The position numbers and the translations under genes are program-made. Positions 26,393-40,760 of a stretch of 64,000 nucleotides of DNA are shown piece by piece. Source of the DNA: Pelomyxa schiedti (Eukaryota > Protista > Evosea); NCBI GenBank assembly GCA_020536535.1, contig JAHLWZ010000790.1:248001-312000 (forward strand). The letters run 5' to 3'. Each line of letters opens with the position of its first letter. The first letter of the stretch is position 1. Below the pieces are notes generated by a model that saw nothing but the letters and a program-made list of their open reading frames with translations, was not told the origin of the DNA and searched no databases.

Positions 26393-29300
26393 ATGAGTTA
26401 CAACTTCAAAGCCGTGGAAAACGAAGTTCGCGAGTTCTGGAATGCACATGACATTGTGGCCAAAGCCAAGCACTTGGCACATTCGGGGCCACGTGGCAAA
26501 TGCTATTTCCTGGATGGTCCTCCTTACACAAGTGGGCACGTTCACATTGGCACTGCCTGGAACAAGAGTCTCAAGGATGCTTATATAAGGTAGGACTGAA
26601 GTGCCATATGATTTTCCCCAACTGCAATTCCTACTTACACTTGAAGGTTCAAGCGAATGAGTGGATGGGATATCTGGGATCGAGCTGGGTACGATATGCA
26701 CGGTCTCCCAACAGAACGAGCGACTGAAAAAGCACTCAATATCTTTGGAAAGATAGCCATTATGAAATATGGTGCAGAGCAATTTGTGGCTCAGTGCAAA
26801 AAAACCTGCATTGACAATGCTCGAGATATGAGTGCCACTTTTTCCTTCATGGGGGTGTGGATGGACTTCGAGAAAGCTTACATGACAGTAGACAAAGAGT
26901 ATATCGAAGGTTGAAATTCATGCACCCCTTGGTGTTCGTTTTCTTAATCCATGTTAGGAGTTTGGTGGTTTGTGCACCGAGCATTTGAGGAGGGTCGCCT
27001 CTACGAAGCTGAGAAAACAATGACATGGGACGCTGTTAATTCTACAGCACTTGCTAAGCATGAATTGGAGTATCACAATATTACTGACTCAGCAATCTAC
27101 GTCAAATTTGCCGTTAAACCCGCCCCAACAGACCCAGCAGAACCCAAAACCTACTTTGTCATTTGGACCACCACGCCTTGGACTATTCCTTTCAATTTGG
27201 CCGTAATGGCTGGCCCAGATATTGACTACGTTCGTATTCAAGTAGTACACAAGGGTGTATTACAAGTATGGGTAATTGCACAAGCCCGTCTAGAGGATTT
27301 TGTTGTTCAAGAGCTTGGAATTACAGAGTACAAAGTTCTCTGGTCGGGCAAAGGAAAAGATTTGTGTGGAATGGAATACGAGCACCCGTTCGCAACAATT
27401 AATGGAGTGTACGCGAAATTGAAAGCTTCCATGCCCAAAATCCACACTGTCCTAATGAGTGCGGAGTATGTAGACACAAAGACTGGTACGGGTTTGGTAC
27501 ATTGCGCTCCAGGTATTTTGTTCGCCTCTTACTACTGTTCTGTTCATCTTTCTTTCCAGGATGTGGTCCTGAGGATTATGTTGTTGGTCAAGAAAACGGG
27601 ATTGCTCCCTTCAATACAGTAGATGAAAACGGGTTCTTTACTAACCTTGAACCAATGACTGGACTACGGGCAAAGCTGGATGATCCAGACTTCATCAACC
27701 TCATTGACAAACAGGGCGCACTTGTGCACAAAGGTACCGTGGACCATGACTATGCTTTTGGCGAGAGGAGTAAAGCCCCAGTTATATTCCGTACTACAAG
27801 GCAATGGTTTTTGCGTGTAGAGGACCTAAAGCAGAAATTACTTGATGCCAACTCAGGAGTAACTTGGTACCCACAAGCTGCAAAGAATGCGTTTACAGCT
27901 TGGTTGAGTGGACTCCGGGATAATAGTATCAGCAAACAGCGGTTCTGGGGAACCCCCCTTCCCATTTGGAGAAGTGTTGATGATGCTTCCGATTGGGTTG
28001 TTGTTAAATCTGCAGAGGAGTTGTGTTCTCTAGCAGGACTGCCTCAGGGGTCTCTTGTCGATCTTCATCCACCAGTTGTAGATAAGGTAAACGCTCTTTC
28101 ATTGTGCCCAACTGACACTGTCAATCAAGATCGAGTTCACACGTGTAAGCCCAAAGGACTCGAAGCCCCATATTTATCACAGGGTTCCAGATATTCTTGA
28201 TGTGTGGGTGGATGCTGGTGCTGCTTTTTTCAATTGCTTGCAGATGCCTGGGGAACCTCCACGTGATCACCGTGCTAACTTCCTTCCAGCGGAATTTATT
28301 TTGGAGGGCAGAGACCAAATCCGTGGCTGGTTTAATTTGCTTCATCTGGAAAGCATGGTAGCCTTTGGAAAACCTTGCTTTGAACATGTATACATGCATG
28401 GCTTCGTGAACGATTCCCAGGGCAGGAAGATGAGTAAAACACAAGGAAATTACATTTTGCCACAGGAAGTGTGGGACAAGTATGGTGTAGACACTCTCAG
28501 GTACTATCTGACTGGTGCTGCTAATCCCGGTGAAGACATGAGCTACAACATGCTAGATGTAGAGCAGAAATTTAAGAATCTGGGAGTTTTCTGGAATATT
28601 CACCGTTATCTTCTTACAACATGCACAACCCTGGCAGATGTTGCTTTCCCTGTTCCCCTTGCCAAATTGGATCCCGCAACTCTCGGGATCGAAGATCGCT
28701 ATATTTTATCACGGCTCAACGCCACAATTCGGGATGCCACTCAAACATACGAGCAGCACAACATGCACAAAGTTCCCGTAATTGTAGAAGATTTTCTCAT
28801 GGAGTTGAGCCATGTTTACATCCAATTAATTTGGGAGAAAAAGGATAATGGGTCCCCTGCTGAAAAACAGGCTCTTCTCAGCACTCTCACATATTGTGTA
28901 ATCAACGCATTTGTAATGCTTTCTACTTTTGCACCATTCATTGCAGAGAAGATTTACCAGGTAACTTGTTAATTACGTACTTTCCCCAATGAACCAAAAA
29001 ATAGAACCTGCGTACAAGCAACCTTCCAGGAATGGCTGATTTTACTCCCGCGGAGTCCATTCACCATCTACCATGGCCCACATGTGACGCTAGAATGATT
29101 GATACACAACTTGAAGTTGACGTGAACGTGGCAAAGGATGCCATTGCAGCACTTCTTGTTGCTCGCGAAAAGGTCACTCTTCCTGTGAAGCAACCTTCAA
29201 GAGAGGTTAGAACTTGAATACTTGCCGTTTTCCTAACATTTCTTGTGTGTGTAGGCACGATTGGACTGCCCCACAAAATTAAAAGCATCCTTACAACGGA

Positions 29301-30023
29301 CTTCAGATCTCATTTCTTTGCGCACGGTATGTTGGTTTTTTAAATAGATAGTGCATCATTAATCACTCGTAGAACGTGAAAGCCCTCATTCTAGATCCTC
29401 CGGAAGCCACTATTACAGTCTCACCCAATAACAAAACAATCGGAAAGCAGTTTGGCCGCAATAGGCAACAGTTGTGTTCCTACATCGAAAAGAATGCAGC
29501 GGAAATTGGGGCCTCCCTCTGCAAAAGAACACCAACAACAGCTTCCGCATCCGCCAGTGCCTCAGCAACCTGGTCACTGAGTGTGGACCTAGCACTGCCC
29601 AGTGGCCCAATTGTGCTTACCGAGGAGCACATATCAGTTACACACGCAGTTCCGAAGCACTGGGCTGTTGGCAAGAATGGCGATTTGACTGCATTCGTGG
29701 ATACTACCAGGACTGACGAGCTAGAGTGGGAGGGCCGAGTGCGTGAGCTTGCACACAAAATCCAGCTGCTCCGTAAGAAAGGCGGGATGCAGAGGAACGA
29801 CAAGGCCCGCGTGCGGGTTCTGGTGCCCGGCAACGCCCCACAATTGGTTGCAGCCATTACCTCCAACGCCGTATTTCTTGCCGAGCGAACCGGCAGCCTT
29901 GAAGTAGCCGTTGCCGCTGTCGACGACCCCGCCGCCACCCTCGCAATCGAGGCTCCAACCGCCAGAGTCTCTTCAATTGACAAGGTGGCCTCGCACCCAA
30001 TTGCCTTGATCATACTCCCCTGA
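26393..30023 (+). CDS. ileS: Isoleucyl-tRNA synthetase of archaeal type, with about 7 introns
   Basis: Motifs: FLDGPPYTSGHVHIGTAWNKSLKD, GYDMHGLPTE, WTTTPWTIPFNLA, GTGLVHCAPGCG, ISKQRFWGTPLPIW, DVWVDAG, EGRDQIRGWF, GRKMSKTQGN, and type-2 C-terminus EGRVRELAHKIQLLRK. Confidence 0.95.
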
Positions 30024-30147
30024 AGCCCATAAACGCCAATCCGAGCACACAAAAACAAAATAAATCTCGTATCTCTTGGACCTTCGTCTTTGAGCGAAAA
30101 GCCATTAGATTACAACAAATTAAAAAAAAAAAACAAAGCCCAAGGGA

Positions 30148-33100
30148 ATGAGCAGTAATAATAATGCAGTGACGCCTAAGAAGAAGCACCACAGGCATTC
30201 GTTGGTCAAAGTAAGATCGTTTATACCGTGTGGGTAGTTGTGGGGATCTAAGTGCGCGTGGTAAAAGGTGAGTAAGACGGCGCCTACTACGTCGGCACTG
30301 CACGTTATTACTACGCAGTTGGATATGATACAAAGGAGCCCGGCAGCTCCGGACGCTACCGTACTTGACGCGTGCGGGAGGGAAATGGTGAAAGCGTTTT
30401 GGGCTGATACGGAGGAATTCACTCGCTCCCTTATAAGTGTCACAGACAGGCAACCTTTTATTTCAAATACAATTCTCTAATAATCTTTTGCTTTCCAGAA
30501 TCTTGCTTGTAGCAGATCAAGAGATCACAGCTAGGAAGGTTATTCTTGGCATAGCATCATTCTTCAAAAAAGTCTACTCCAACACAACCCCTTCACTGGA
30601 TTCCTCCACGACCGCGAGTAGCATTGAATCTCAACCCCACAAGAAGCTTGATGAAATAACATCAACATATCTGAGACATGTGGTGGAACGCTCTGGTGTG
30701 GCAAATAAATCCGTTAGGTTACGGACTTGCCAAATAGTGGAAGCAGTTTTGGCCCATCTTGGTACTGATGTGGACTTACCGTATGTATGACTTCTTGATT
30801 TAGAGGTTTTTACCATGTTAGAAATGATCTGTGGAATTTGTTGGAAGAGTCAATGCTGCCTCGGACCACTGACAAAATTGCAGCCGTTCGTGAGCAGGCT
30901 ATCTCTGCAATTAAACGGTGGGTATGTTCGTTTGGTATTATAGCCAACTTGTGCAGATTGCAGGATACAAGCACGAACGATAACCCTGTGGTCCAACGAT
31001 TTTTAAATATGATTGGGGTCGATCCATCCTGGTACCTTTTCTTCATCCAACTTCAACTTATTTGTTCGTTTAGCAAAGTTAGATGCTCGGTTCTTCATTC
31101 TATAGTCATATCACCTATTACTATACCTTCGATAATTCTCCGGACAAGGTTCCTTCCCCTTCAACCCTATTTTCTTTTAAAGACTTTCCACTTCCACACT
31201 CTTTATTTCTCTTGCATCCCAACTACAACCTGAAGCACAGGGACACCAAAGAAGATGTTCGAAAACTGGCTTATGAGATTATTGGGTCAAAGATAGATAT
31301 TCACCTGCTCACTTTGAAACAACGTGCTTTTCTTGTTCATGAAGGACTTGGGGATAGGTCTCTTGCTGTTCAACAGGCCTGCAAAGAAATGGTCACTGGG
31401 CCATGGCTAGTTTCCAGCAAGTCGGATCCAATTCTGGTACAAAGATCACGCATTGATTTCCTTTGACCATAGTGAAATACAAAAGCTCATTCAAAGACTA
31501 CATTTCAGTGAGAACCCAGAAGAAACTGAGATGGTTGCAAATTGCCTTGCTTTAGCTCACGCCTCTCCGCCACCTCCGCCCGGGGTTACTGGAAAGGGTG
31601 TCAAGTTGTCCGTAGAATACATTCTATTCCTCCGATCTATTTTAAAAACTGCTACTCCTGAGGAGTTACAGGTTTGTGATTACTGTAAGATCCTGAATTA
31701 ATTTTATGTAGACAGCGGAATCTGTTTTTCCTGAGATACTGTTGCTGTGCGGGGCAATCACGCATATCACAGGCAACAACAATCCAAACGTGAAGTTGGC
31801 TGTACAAATTCTCCTTCTAATACAGGAAATGATCACACATTCTATGTGTGAGGAGGGTGGAAAAACCGTCGTCTTAAATATGACTGGTGTGTTAGTACTG
31901 TCCTGTTGGCACAATCTTACTTCCTTGTAGGTCACCTGTTCACAATCTCAAATTTAGATCAGGAAATCATAGAAGCAGCTGTACCACCATTTGTCTTGCT
32001 CCATGAAGACCAATCCGCTTGTGACAAGTACCTCTATTAGTCAATACAACTGCTTAATAGTGTAGGGTACTTGTCAGAACATTGAATGAAATGCAGAATA
32101 AAGCACACAAAGCTGCTCTTTTGCATCAAATGGCTCTTCTTGTCTGTTGTGATTTCTTCTTCCAAGTAGTGACAGTGATTAGGACCCAGCAGATCGAAAA
32201 TTACTTCCTCTTATTGAGTCTGTTGTACTTCCGTGTATTCAGAATGCTGACTCCAAACTTCGTCTATTGGGCGTCAAGTGCCTGTCCGTCCTGTGCTTGA
32301 CTTCGGAACCAGTTGCAAGAGATCACATTACATTGCTATCACAAATAGCAAGACATGATACAGCAGAAATTAGGTTAATTGCCATAAAGGTATTCGCGAG
32401 AAAATCAGCTTTTCATGACCATGCTTAATAGGCGCTTTTCGATTTGGCTTTCGCACACGGAATTAATCATTTCGTTATACACCTTTCCAGTAACACAGCA
32501 GCAGTTGAATCTTCTAGTACTGCCGCAGTTGGTGCGAACCAAACTGAGGCCTTATGCGATGTTCTACGCGAATTCGTGGCCAGTGACGAACCAGCTGTGC
32601 AAGATACTGCAGCTGAAGGATTTGCTAAGCTTATGTATAACGACTTGATAGATGACGCAACTGTAATTTTTTTTCTTAATCTTTAATCACTCATAAGTTC
32701 GCATCAGGTGCTTGGGGTTCTAGTGATAATATTCTTCAGCCCTGATACCGCAAACTCAGCCAGACTACAACAATGCCTTTCAGTCTTTTTTGACACCTAC
32801 ACAAAAGAGCACCCTAATAGTATCTACTCCTATTCAATTCTTCACCTCATCAAATGGTAAGAGTTTTTGCATCGAAAGATGATAGAAGACTGCTTCTTCC
32901 AAGTTGTAATGATGTTACTTGCAGCAAAATCTGGAAGTGGCCTATCAACTGTAGATGCTATGTCAGTAGTTCGGTTTTTACTTGATCTTATTTCTCCTCT
33001 GTCACTTCCTGATGACTCCCCGTATGCCAAGCTGATAAAGCACAGAAAATATATTTAATACCGCAATTTTAGGGCTTGTGAGGAAGTGAAAACAGCACAT

Positions 33101-33871
33101 TTATCACACAACCGCATGGCCATATCATTGATAAACAATATTATTCTATGCAAAGATCAGGAAGGTGAGTTTTGATTCGTTGGAACATTAAAATCTGACT
33201 GCCGATGCCAGGGCCTTCAATTAATGTGTTTAGTAAAGCTCTGGGCTTTCTCCAACTTGTTTCCACTGATCAAGATAGCATCAAGCACATCCGTGCCCTT
33301 GTTGCAGTTGCACAAGAGTGCATAGGCAACAAGCAGGCACTGCAGGAGCTGTCTAAGTTCGTATCCACGGTTGTTACCTTGGATAGTACTCCAGAAGATC
33401 ACGTTCCAATCGATGCGTTTATTCAGCAGGTCAAAAAGTCTCCTGCGATTGCCAAAGCACTTCTAGGTAACATCTCCTCACTTCCCAGTAGCTATTTAAC
33501 CTCTCCTTTCAGGCTCGAAGTCCTCAAACCGCACAGCACCGAACAATGCAACAAGGAACACCACAAGGAAGGCGCCTGCCAAAAGAAGCTCCGTTTCCTC
33601 AAGTGAAGAATCCAGCCAAAGTAGCAGCGGGGAAAGTGCAAGTAGTAGCAGCAGTGATAGTGATAGTGATAGTGACAGTGACAGTGAGAGTGGAAGTAGT
33701 AGTAGTTCTAGTGGCAGTAGTAGCAGTGAACATGACTCTGACTCCAATTACTCCAATTCAGATGGCGAATCTCAGCACAGATCAACCCCGAAATCCAAAA
33801 TCCCCTCAACTTCACAAACATCAACGGCCTCCAACAAGCCCACCAAGAGTATTGCAACCAAGAAACCGTGA
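30148..33871 (+). CDS. NCAPG: Condensin I HEAT subunit CAP-G (Ycg1/Cnd3)
   Basis: Motifs: ANKSVRLRTCQIV, RTTDKIAAVREQAISAIKRLQD, DPS|KVR, ILRTR|DTKEDVRKLAY, EGLGDRSLAVQQAC, TAAEGFAKLM, RLQQCLSVFF. Ser/Asp-rich tail. Confidence 0.9.
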
Positions 33872-34222
33872 GAGAAAAACAAACAGATTCTAGGATTTTG
33901 TTAAATCTGCCAGAAAAAAATTGTCACATCATTACCCGGCAAGATCTGACCTGTTGAAAGAATATTATTTCAAAAATAAATAAAACATACAGAGGCGATG
34001 ATGGAGATACTGCCAAGTCGAAGTGCCGAAGATTCGAACGAAACTAGACATGAGGAGTCAGTATCTTTCTTATCGTGACTGTGGGTAGTAATTTCGGCAC
34101 AACAAGGTTCGTACAGAGAATATGGGAAATTTTGGTGACGGAGCCTTTGAGGTGCATCGCCATTGGTACCAGACTCACTCTCTATTCTTTTTCCAACAAA
34201 ATCTCGAGGTGTACACAATAAA

Positions 34223-34881
34223 ATGACGGAGGACCCACTGGTTAATCCAAGATGGTGGCTTCTTCATGTGGGCATTTCCGGCTTAAAACCACATCTAACT
34301 TATGGCAGGGAACTGGTAACAGCCAAAAAAGTTGATACCTGTTAACTGCACTGCAGTGGGCACCAAACCAGATATAATAAATGTGGAAAGTTCATCAATC
34401 TCAGTATTTAAGAAGGTAATCACACCCTCTACCGGATTTCAATCTCACGCTGGCGTAGTGGCCGTTTTCTCTACGAGGTTTTATTATAAAATCTCCCTTT
34501 TTGTAACAGTTTTCAGGAACAGCTGGAATCCTATGCTTCAATATTGGTGATAGTGGTTTGCGTTTATGCATCTTATGGTTTTCAGCTTCTCTTCCTTCTG
34601 TTACTTACCAATTTTTACAGGCAACTCCACTACTGGTGGTACTCAGAGGACATCTTCTCTGTTTTTGTTGTACATTCGGATGTAATGCAGTACAAATGTA
34701 AGCTGTTACTCAATTCCTCACAGGAAAGTGAGAAAGCTCTCTTTGAAATGAATGTGCATTGTGCAACGAAGCGAGAAAGCCCTGACTTGCTGTGGAAGCA
34801 GGACAGCAAACTGGGGATTGATTACAAGGTATCTAGGACCCAAAAAATAGAAGAACTAACTCCGCGAAGGCGAAAATGGTA
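34223..34881 (+). CDS. Small multi-exon hypothetical protein
   Basis: A string of short exons separated by about 40-nt GT-AG introns can be joined into an open frame (MTEDPL|GT|VGTKPDII...RQLHYWWYSEDIF...). No homology recognised. Confidence 0.35.
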
Positions 34882-35025
34882 GAGATGGATTACGGACGTG
34901 TAGCACTAGTTTGTAGTGTAAGAAATTTTGAAGACTGAACAACTTTTTAAAAAAGTCTTCTTGTGACTCTTTTCTTTCTCCAAAATTGAGAGGATGAGGG
35001 CTATGTACAAGCCATGGCTTTCCAA

Positions 35026-35979
35026 TCACACCAAATCGCCCTCTTCGCAATCATTGAAGTCCCAGTGCCTTTGTTCACCCCCAGGAAGGAAATCACTGCA
35101 GCCATTCTTCTCCAACACCCACGAGTTTGACTTTCCAAACAGAACATGTGACACACTGCAGACTCCACAATGCACAGGGCACACCTGATGCACAGCGGCC
35201 CTCACAGCAGCTATTACAGTGGCCGCATGCCCAACAAACATGACAGACTTGCCTTCACATCCACACCCGCAAAGCCTGGATGAAAAGCCATGCTTTGAGC
35301 TGACACTTGCGGCCGGTGTTCCCTTGGGGCAAAGTACATTGTAGTGGCGTAGTATCTCGGCCACCAAATGGGCACAGCGGTCGTGGAGTTGCTGCACAGT
35401 CTCGGGTGTTGTGGGAACGCGGACAAGTGTGGTGTATGACAGGTCTAGGGCCCCGGGGAATTCTTTATCCAACAACTCCACACTGGGAACCTCTAGTGCT
35501 GGCCATTCACACAGTCCCTCCTCTATCTTGATTTTCAGACCCAATGGCTTTTTCCCAAGTTAGACACATAGTAATAAATATTGCAACCCAGAATGAAATA
35601 AATAACAATAAGAGAATATATCGAGATACCGGGCGGGAAAAAAAAAAAAAACAAAAAACAAAAAAATAAAAACACACCCTGGCAACTTCTAGAGCGGTTC
35701 GAACGCACCTGACGAAAGGAGAACATAGGATGAACCCCACGGTGGGCACGCCAGACCGAGGCGTGTCCCTCACGAACGCCGACATCATCGCAGCTTGCTG
35801 TATTCCATGCTCGGAAAGTGGGGGATCGTACGCCCGTTCCGGGGACGGGGGCACCCACTCCTCAACAAAGTCCTGCCTTGTTGTTGTTGTTGTGTTTGTT
35901 TGGTATCGTGGTTTGTTGACGAAGGAGCTAACCTCTCGCCGTGCCGCACGAAAACGAGATCCGGCAGGTGGAACATCAT
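35026..35979 (-). CDS. Histidine phosphatase / phosphoglycerate mutase family protein
   Basis: Motifs: LVFVRHGER|QDF, DPPLSEHGIQQA, CSPFVRCVRTA, IKIEEGLCEW, VMFVGHAA. Confidence 0.9.
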
Positions 35980-36236
35980 TTGTTGGGATGAGATGGAGTG
36001 ATTTGACAGTGTGGGTGGAACCTGGAGGATGTGGTAGCAACGAAACGATATTCATGGCCTTGGCAACCTGATCTAAGGGTTCCTTTGAGAAGGCAAGGAA
36101 GAACCTCCCTTCAACTGTGTTGTCCATCATCAATCTGGCATTCAGCGAAAGTCAAGTTCGGAGTTTGATCATTTTTCGGTACTTGCATTAGAGACGAAGC
36201 AGGGAACGCGGGTCGTTGGTGGATAACTTCGCAATA

Positions 36237-38620
36237 ATGAGTGGCCTGCTGGGATTGGTGAGATCGACTTTCTCGGCGGATATTGTGCGGTTCAGGGATG
36301 GCAAGTTCGATCTAGACTTGACTTACATAACAAATGACATGAGGGTAATTGGTATGGCCTCTCTTCCGGGTTTTTGGTTTTTTTTATTTCTTTGAAGCTA
36401 TGGGATTTCCTGCTGATGGAATCGAGAGTGCATTTCGCAATAACATATTTGAACTGAGTAAGATGCTCAAGGTACCAAATACCAATTTGAATTATATCTT
36501 CTATCTGTACACCTTAAGCAAGAACATCCACAGGAAAGACATGGAGCCCACTTCATGATATGGAATTTAAGTGGGCGCAAGTATGACTATGACCTGTTTG
36601 ACAACCAGGTTCTCCTTTCCCTTGCAAGTCAACTGTCTCAGTGCAGAATTTATCAAAGATTCTTGAATTCCCCTTCCCTGATCACCACAATCCACCACTG
36701 GAAAAACTTTTCAAAATTGTCAAGAGTATGGATTCTTGGATCAAAGCTGACTATCAAAATACTTGTGTAGTGCATTGCTTGGTATATTTAGAGTACACCT
36801 TCTTCCTATTAGGTCATTTTTCACTAGGCAGGAAGAGGAAGGACTGGTACTGTCATAAGTTGTTACCTTAACTACTCCGGGATGTTCACCAATGCTGTGG
36901 ACGCACTAGCTTATTTTGGAAAGAAACGATCCATGACTGAAACGGGTGTTTCTCAGCCATCTCAAATCAGGTAGGAAGACCTCATTCACGTTGCACTTAT
37001 ACGAAGAAGATATGTGGAGTACTTCACACACTGCCTCAAGGGCTTCATGCCATTTCCTCGTAAAAAAATCCTCAGGATGGTGAAATTTGGACCCCTTCCT
37101 CCTTTTCTCTGCACTCAGCCTCTGCCAGTCATAGATGTAGTTTTACTTTAGAGGAATGGTTGTATTTTGAATACCTTATACCAGATTTATGATATGTCAA
37201 CATATCCAGCTCGTCTTTTAAGATCTACAAGCAGTCTTGCGAGTAATAGTGCCACGTAAATTTCCCATTTTCTTTTCCTTTTTCACCTCCTGTAGTTCAG
37301 AAATTTTCTCGTTCACCAACGGGAAATTGATCTTTCGACTCAATGATGTTGTTCAAGGGGATGTTATGGTCACTTTATCTAGTCCTACTTGGTTTGGAGC
37401 TGTACGATTTACACATACTCACCACTACTAGGAGCGGACAACTAAAGGTTGTAGCTAGATCATCTTTCAATACATTCTTTGTAGAGCCAAGTAGACTGAA
37501 ATATACCAAACCTGAAATCGACAAAGCAAATGTAGACAAACGGTAAATGTCTCTCCTGACCGTTGTGTGTCTAATACAACACAGATTTACTTCTGATTTT
37601 TCACTTGTTCTAAAATTTGATCCACGTGCAACTGAAGGGGTACATTCTGATCCAGATTTCTGCGCGTTTTTCACAGACTTCATCAAAGTGGTAAAGGCCT
37701 TTATCTCTATTGCCCAATAAAAACTGCAAGTACATTTCTAAACAATGTATTTGATTTCCCACAAACAGGGGCGCATGAACCTCACCAACCACAAACTACT
37801 GAACCCATCAGAGGACGAGAGGCTCCTCCCAGTCCTCTCATCCACCCCACCATCCCCTCAGCTCAGCAAGCCATCACGTCCACCCCCCATGCCTCGCCCA
37901 AGCCACCCTGCATCTGTCCCGCCGTCCACCTCCCCGCCTCACCCGCCATTCACTGTTCTGACTCAGTCGGCCTCTTTCTCAACACTGCCCACCACAGTAG
38001 TATCATCGACGACCTCCTCATCCCAATCCGCAGCCACCGTTCCCATTCCAGCCTTGCATGCTTCAGCGCCGCTCATATTCTCATCCCGTACTCCCAGCCC
38101 CCCGCAAAACATTCCACCACAACCGCCACAACAACAACAAATCACCTCCTCAACACCCTCAATCGAAACTCTACAAACCAACCCAATTCCCATCATTTTG
38201 ACTCCCTCATCTTCCCCATCACCATTAATTGAGCCCAGTGCAACCACTCCACCACCCTACTCCTCCGAATCCCCTACCACATCCAACACCATACTTCTCT
38301 CAACCACTCCCAATAATAACAGCACCACTACAATCACAGTCACAAAAACATCCTCGTCCCCTCCCGTCACCATCATTGACAACACAGAATCCATAACAGA
38401 GTCCATATCCACACCACTACCACACAGCCCAGAGCCAGTCCACTCCCTACACACAAGCTCAGCCGGTGAGAGCAGGTTGCACTGGAGCTGGTCATCAGCT
38501 CAGATGAACAACACACTACAGTTGAAAGAGAAGAGACTGAGCTCACATAAGGTGAAGTCTGGGCCTGCAATTACACAACCATTGGTAGAGCCCAATACTG
38601 GGACTGGAGAGGATTTGTAA
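36237..38620 (+). CDS. PTEN-like phosphatase (CnrN/LPTEN-like) with C2 domain and Pro/Ser/Thr-rich tail
   Basis: Motifs: FDLDLTYIT..AMGFPA, FRNN, FPDHHNPPL, P-loop VVHCL|AGRGRTG, GVSQPSQIR|YV, VQGDV, SFNTFF. Confidence 0.92.
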
Positions 38621-38668
38621 AATGAATTTTGTTTATTATTTTTTCCTCTTTCTCTTTGAATTTGTGGG

Positions 38669-40518
<1,850 letters not shown>

Positions 40519-40760
40519 GTCGTTTTGGTTTTTGAAAGAGATTCCGGGAACCGCGATAAGCATCCGAGGAACCAAGTGGCACTCAGAGAATCGATTACGG
40601 GAATCCCCTCTGATAGGAAGGTGCGGACTTGGATTTCGGTCCTGAGGTAACTTGTTGGTCCATACCACGAAACTCCTTGATGTGCCTCTAATCAGGCCCT
40701 TATAAGTTCGAATGATCTCAAAAAACATAACCAAAAAAGAAGCCCAAGACAGTGAAAAAA

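Noticed and set aside
26393-30023. Prokaryotic contamination or endosymbiont DNA as the source of the IleRS, TnaA, PurB or lyase genes
   Set aside because: All four contain host-style short spliceosomal introns and are interleaved with clearly eukaryotic genes.
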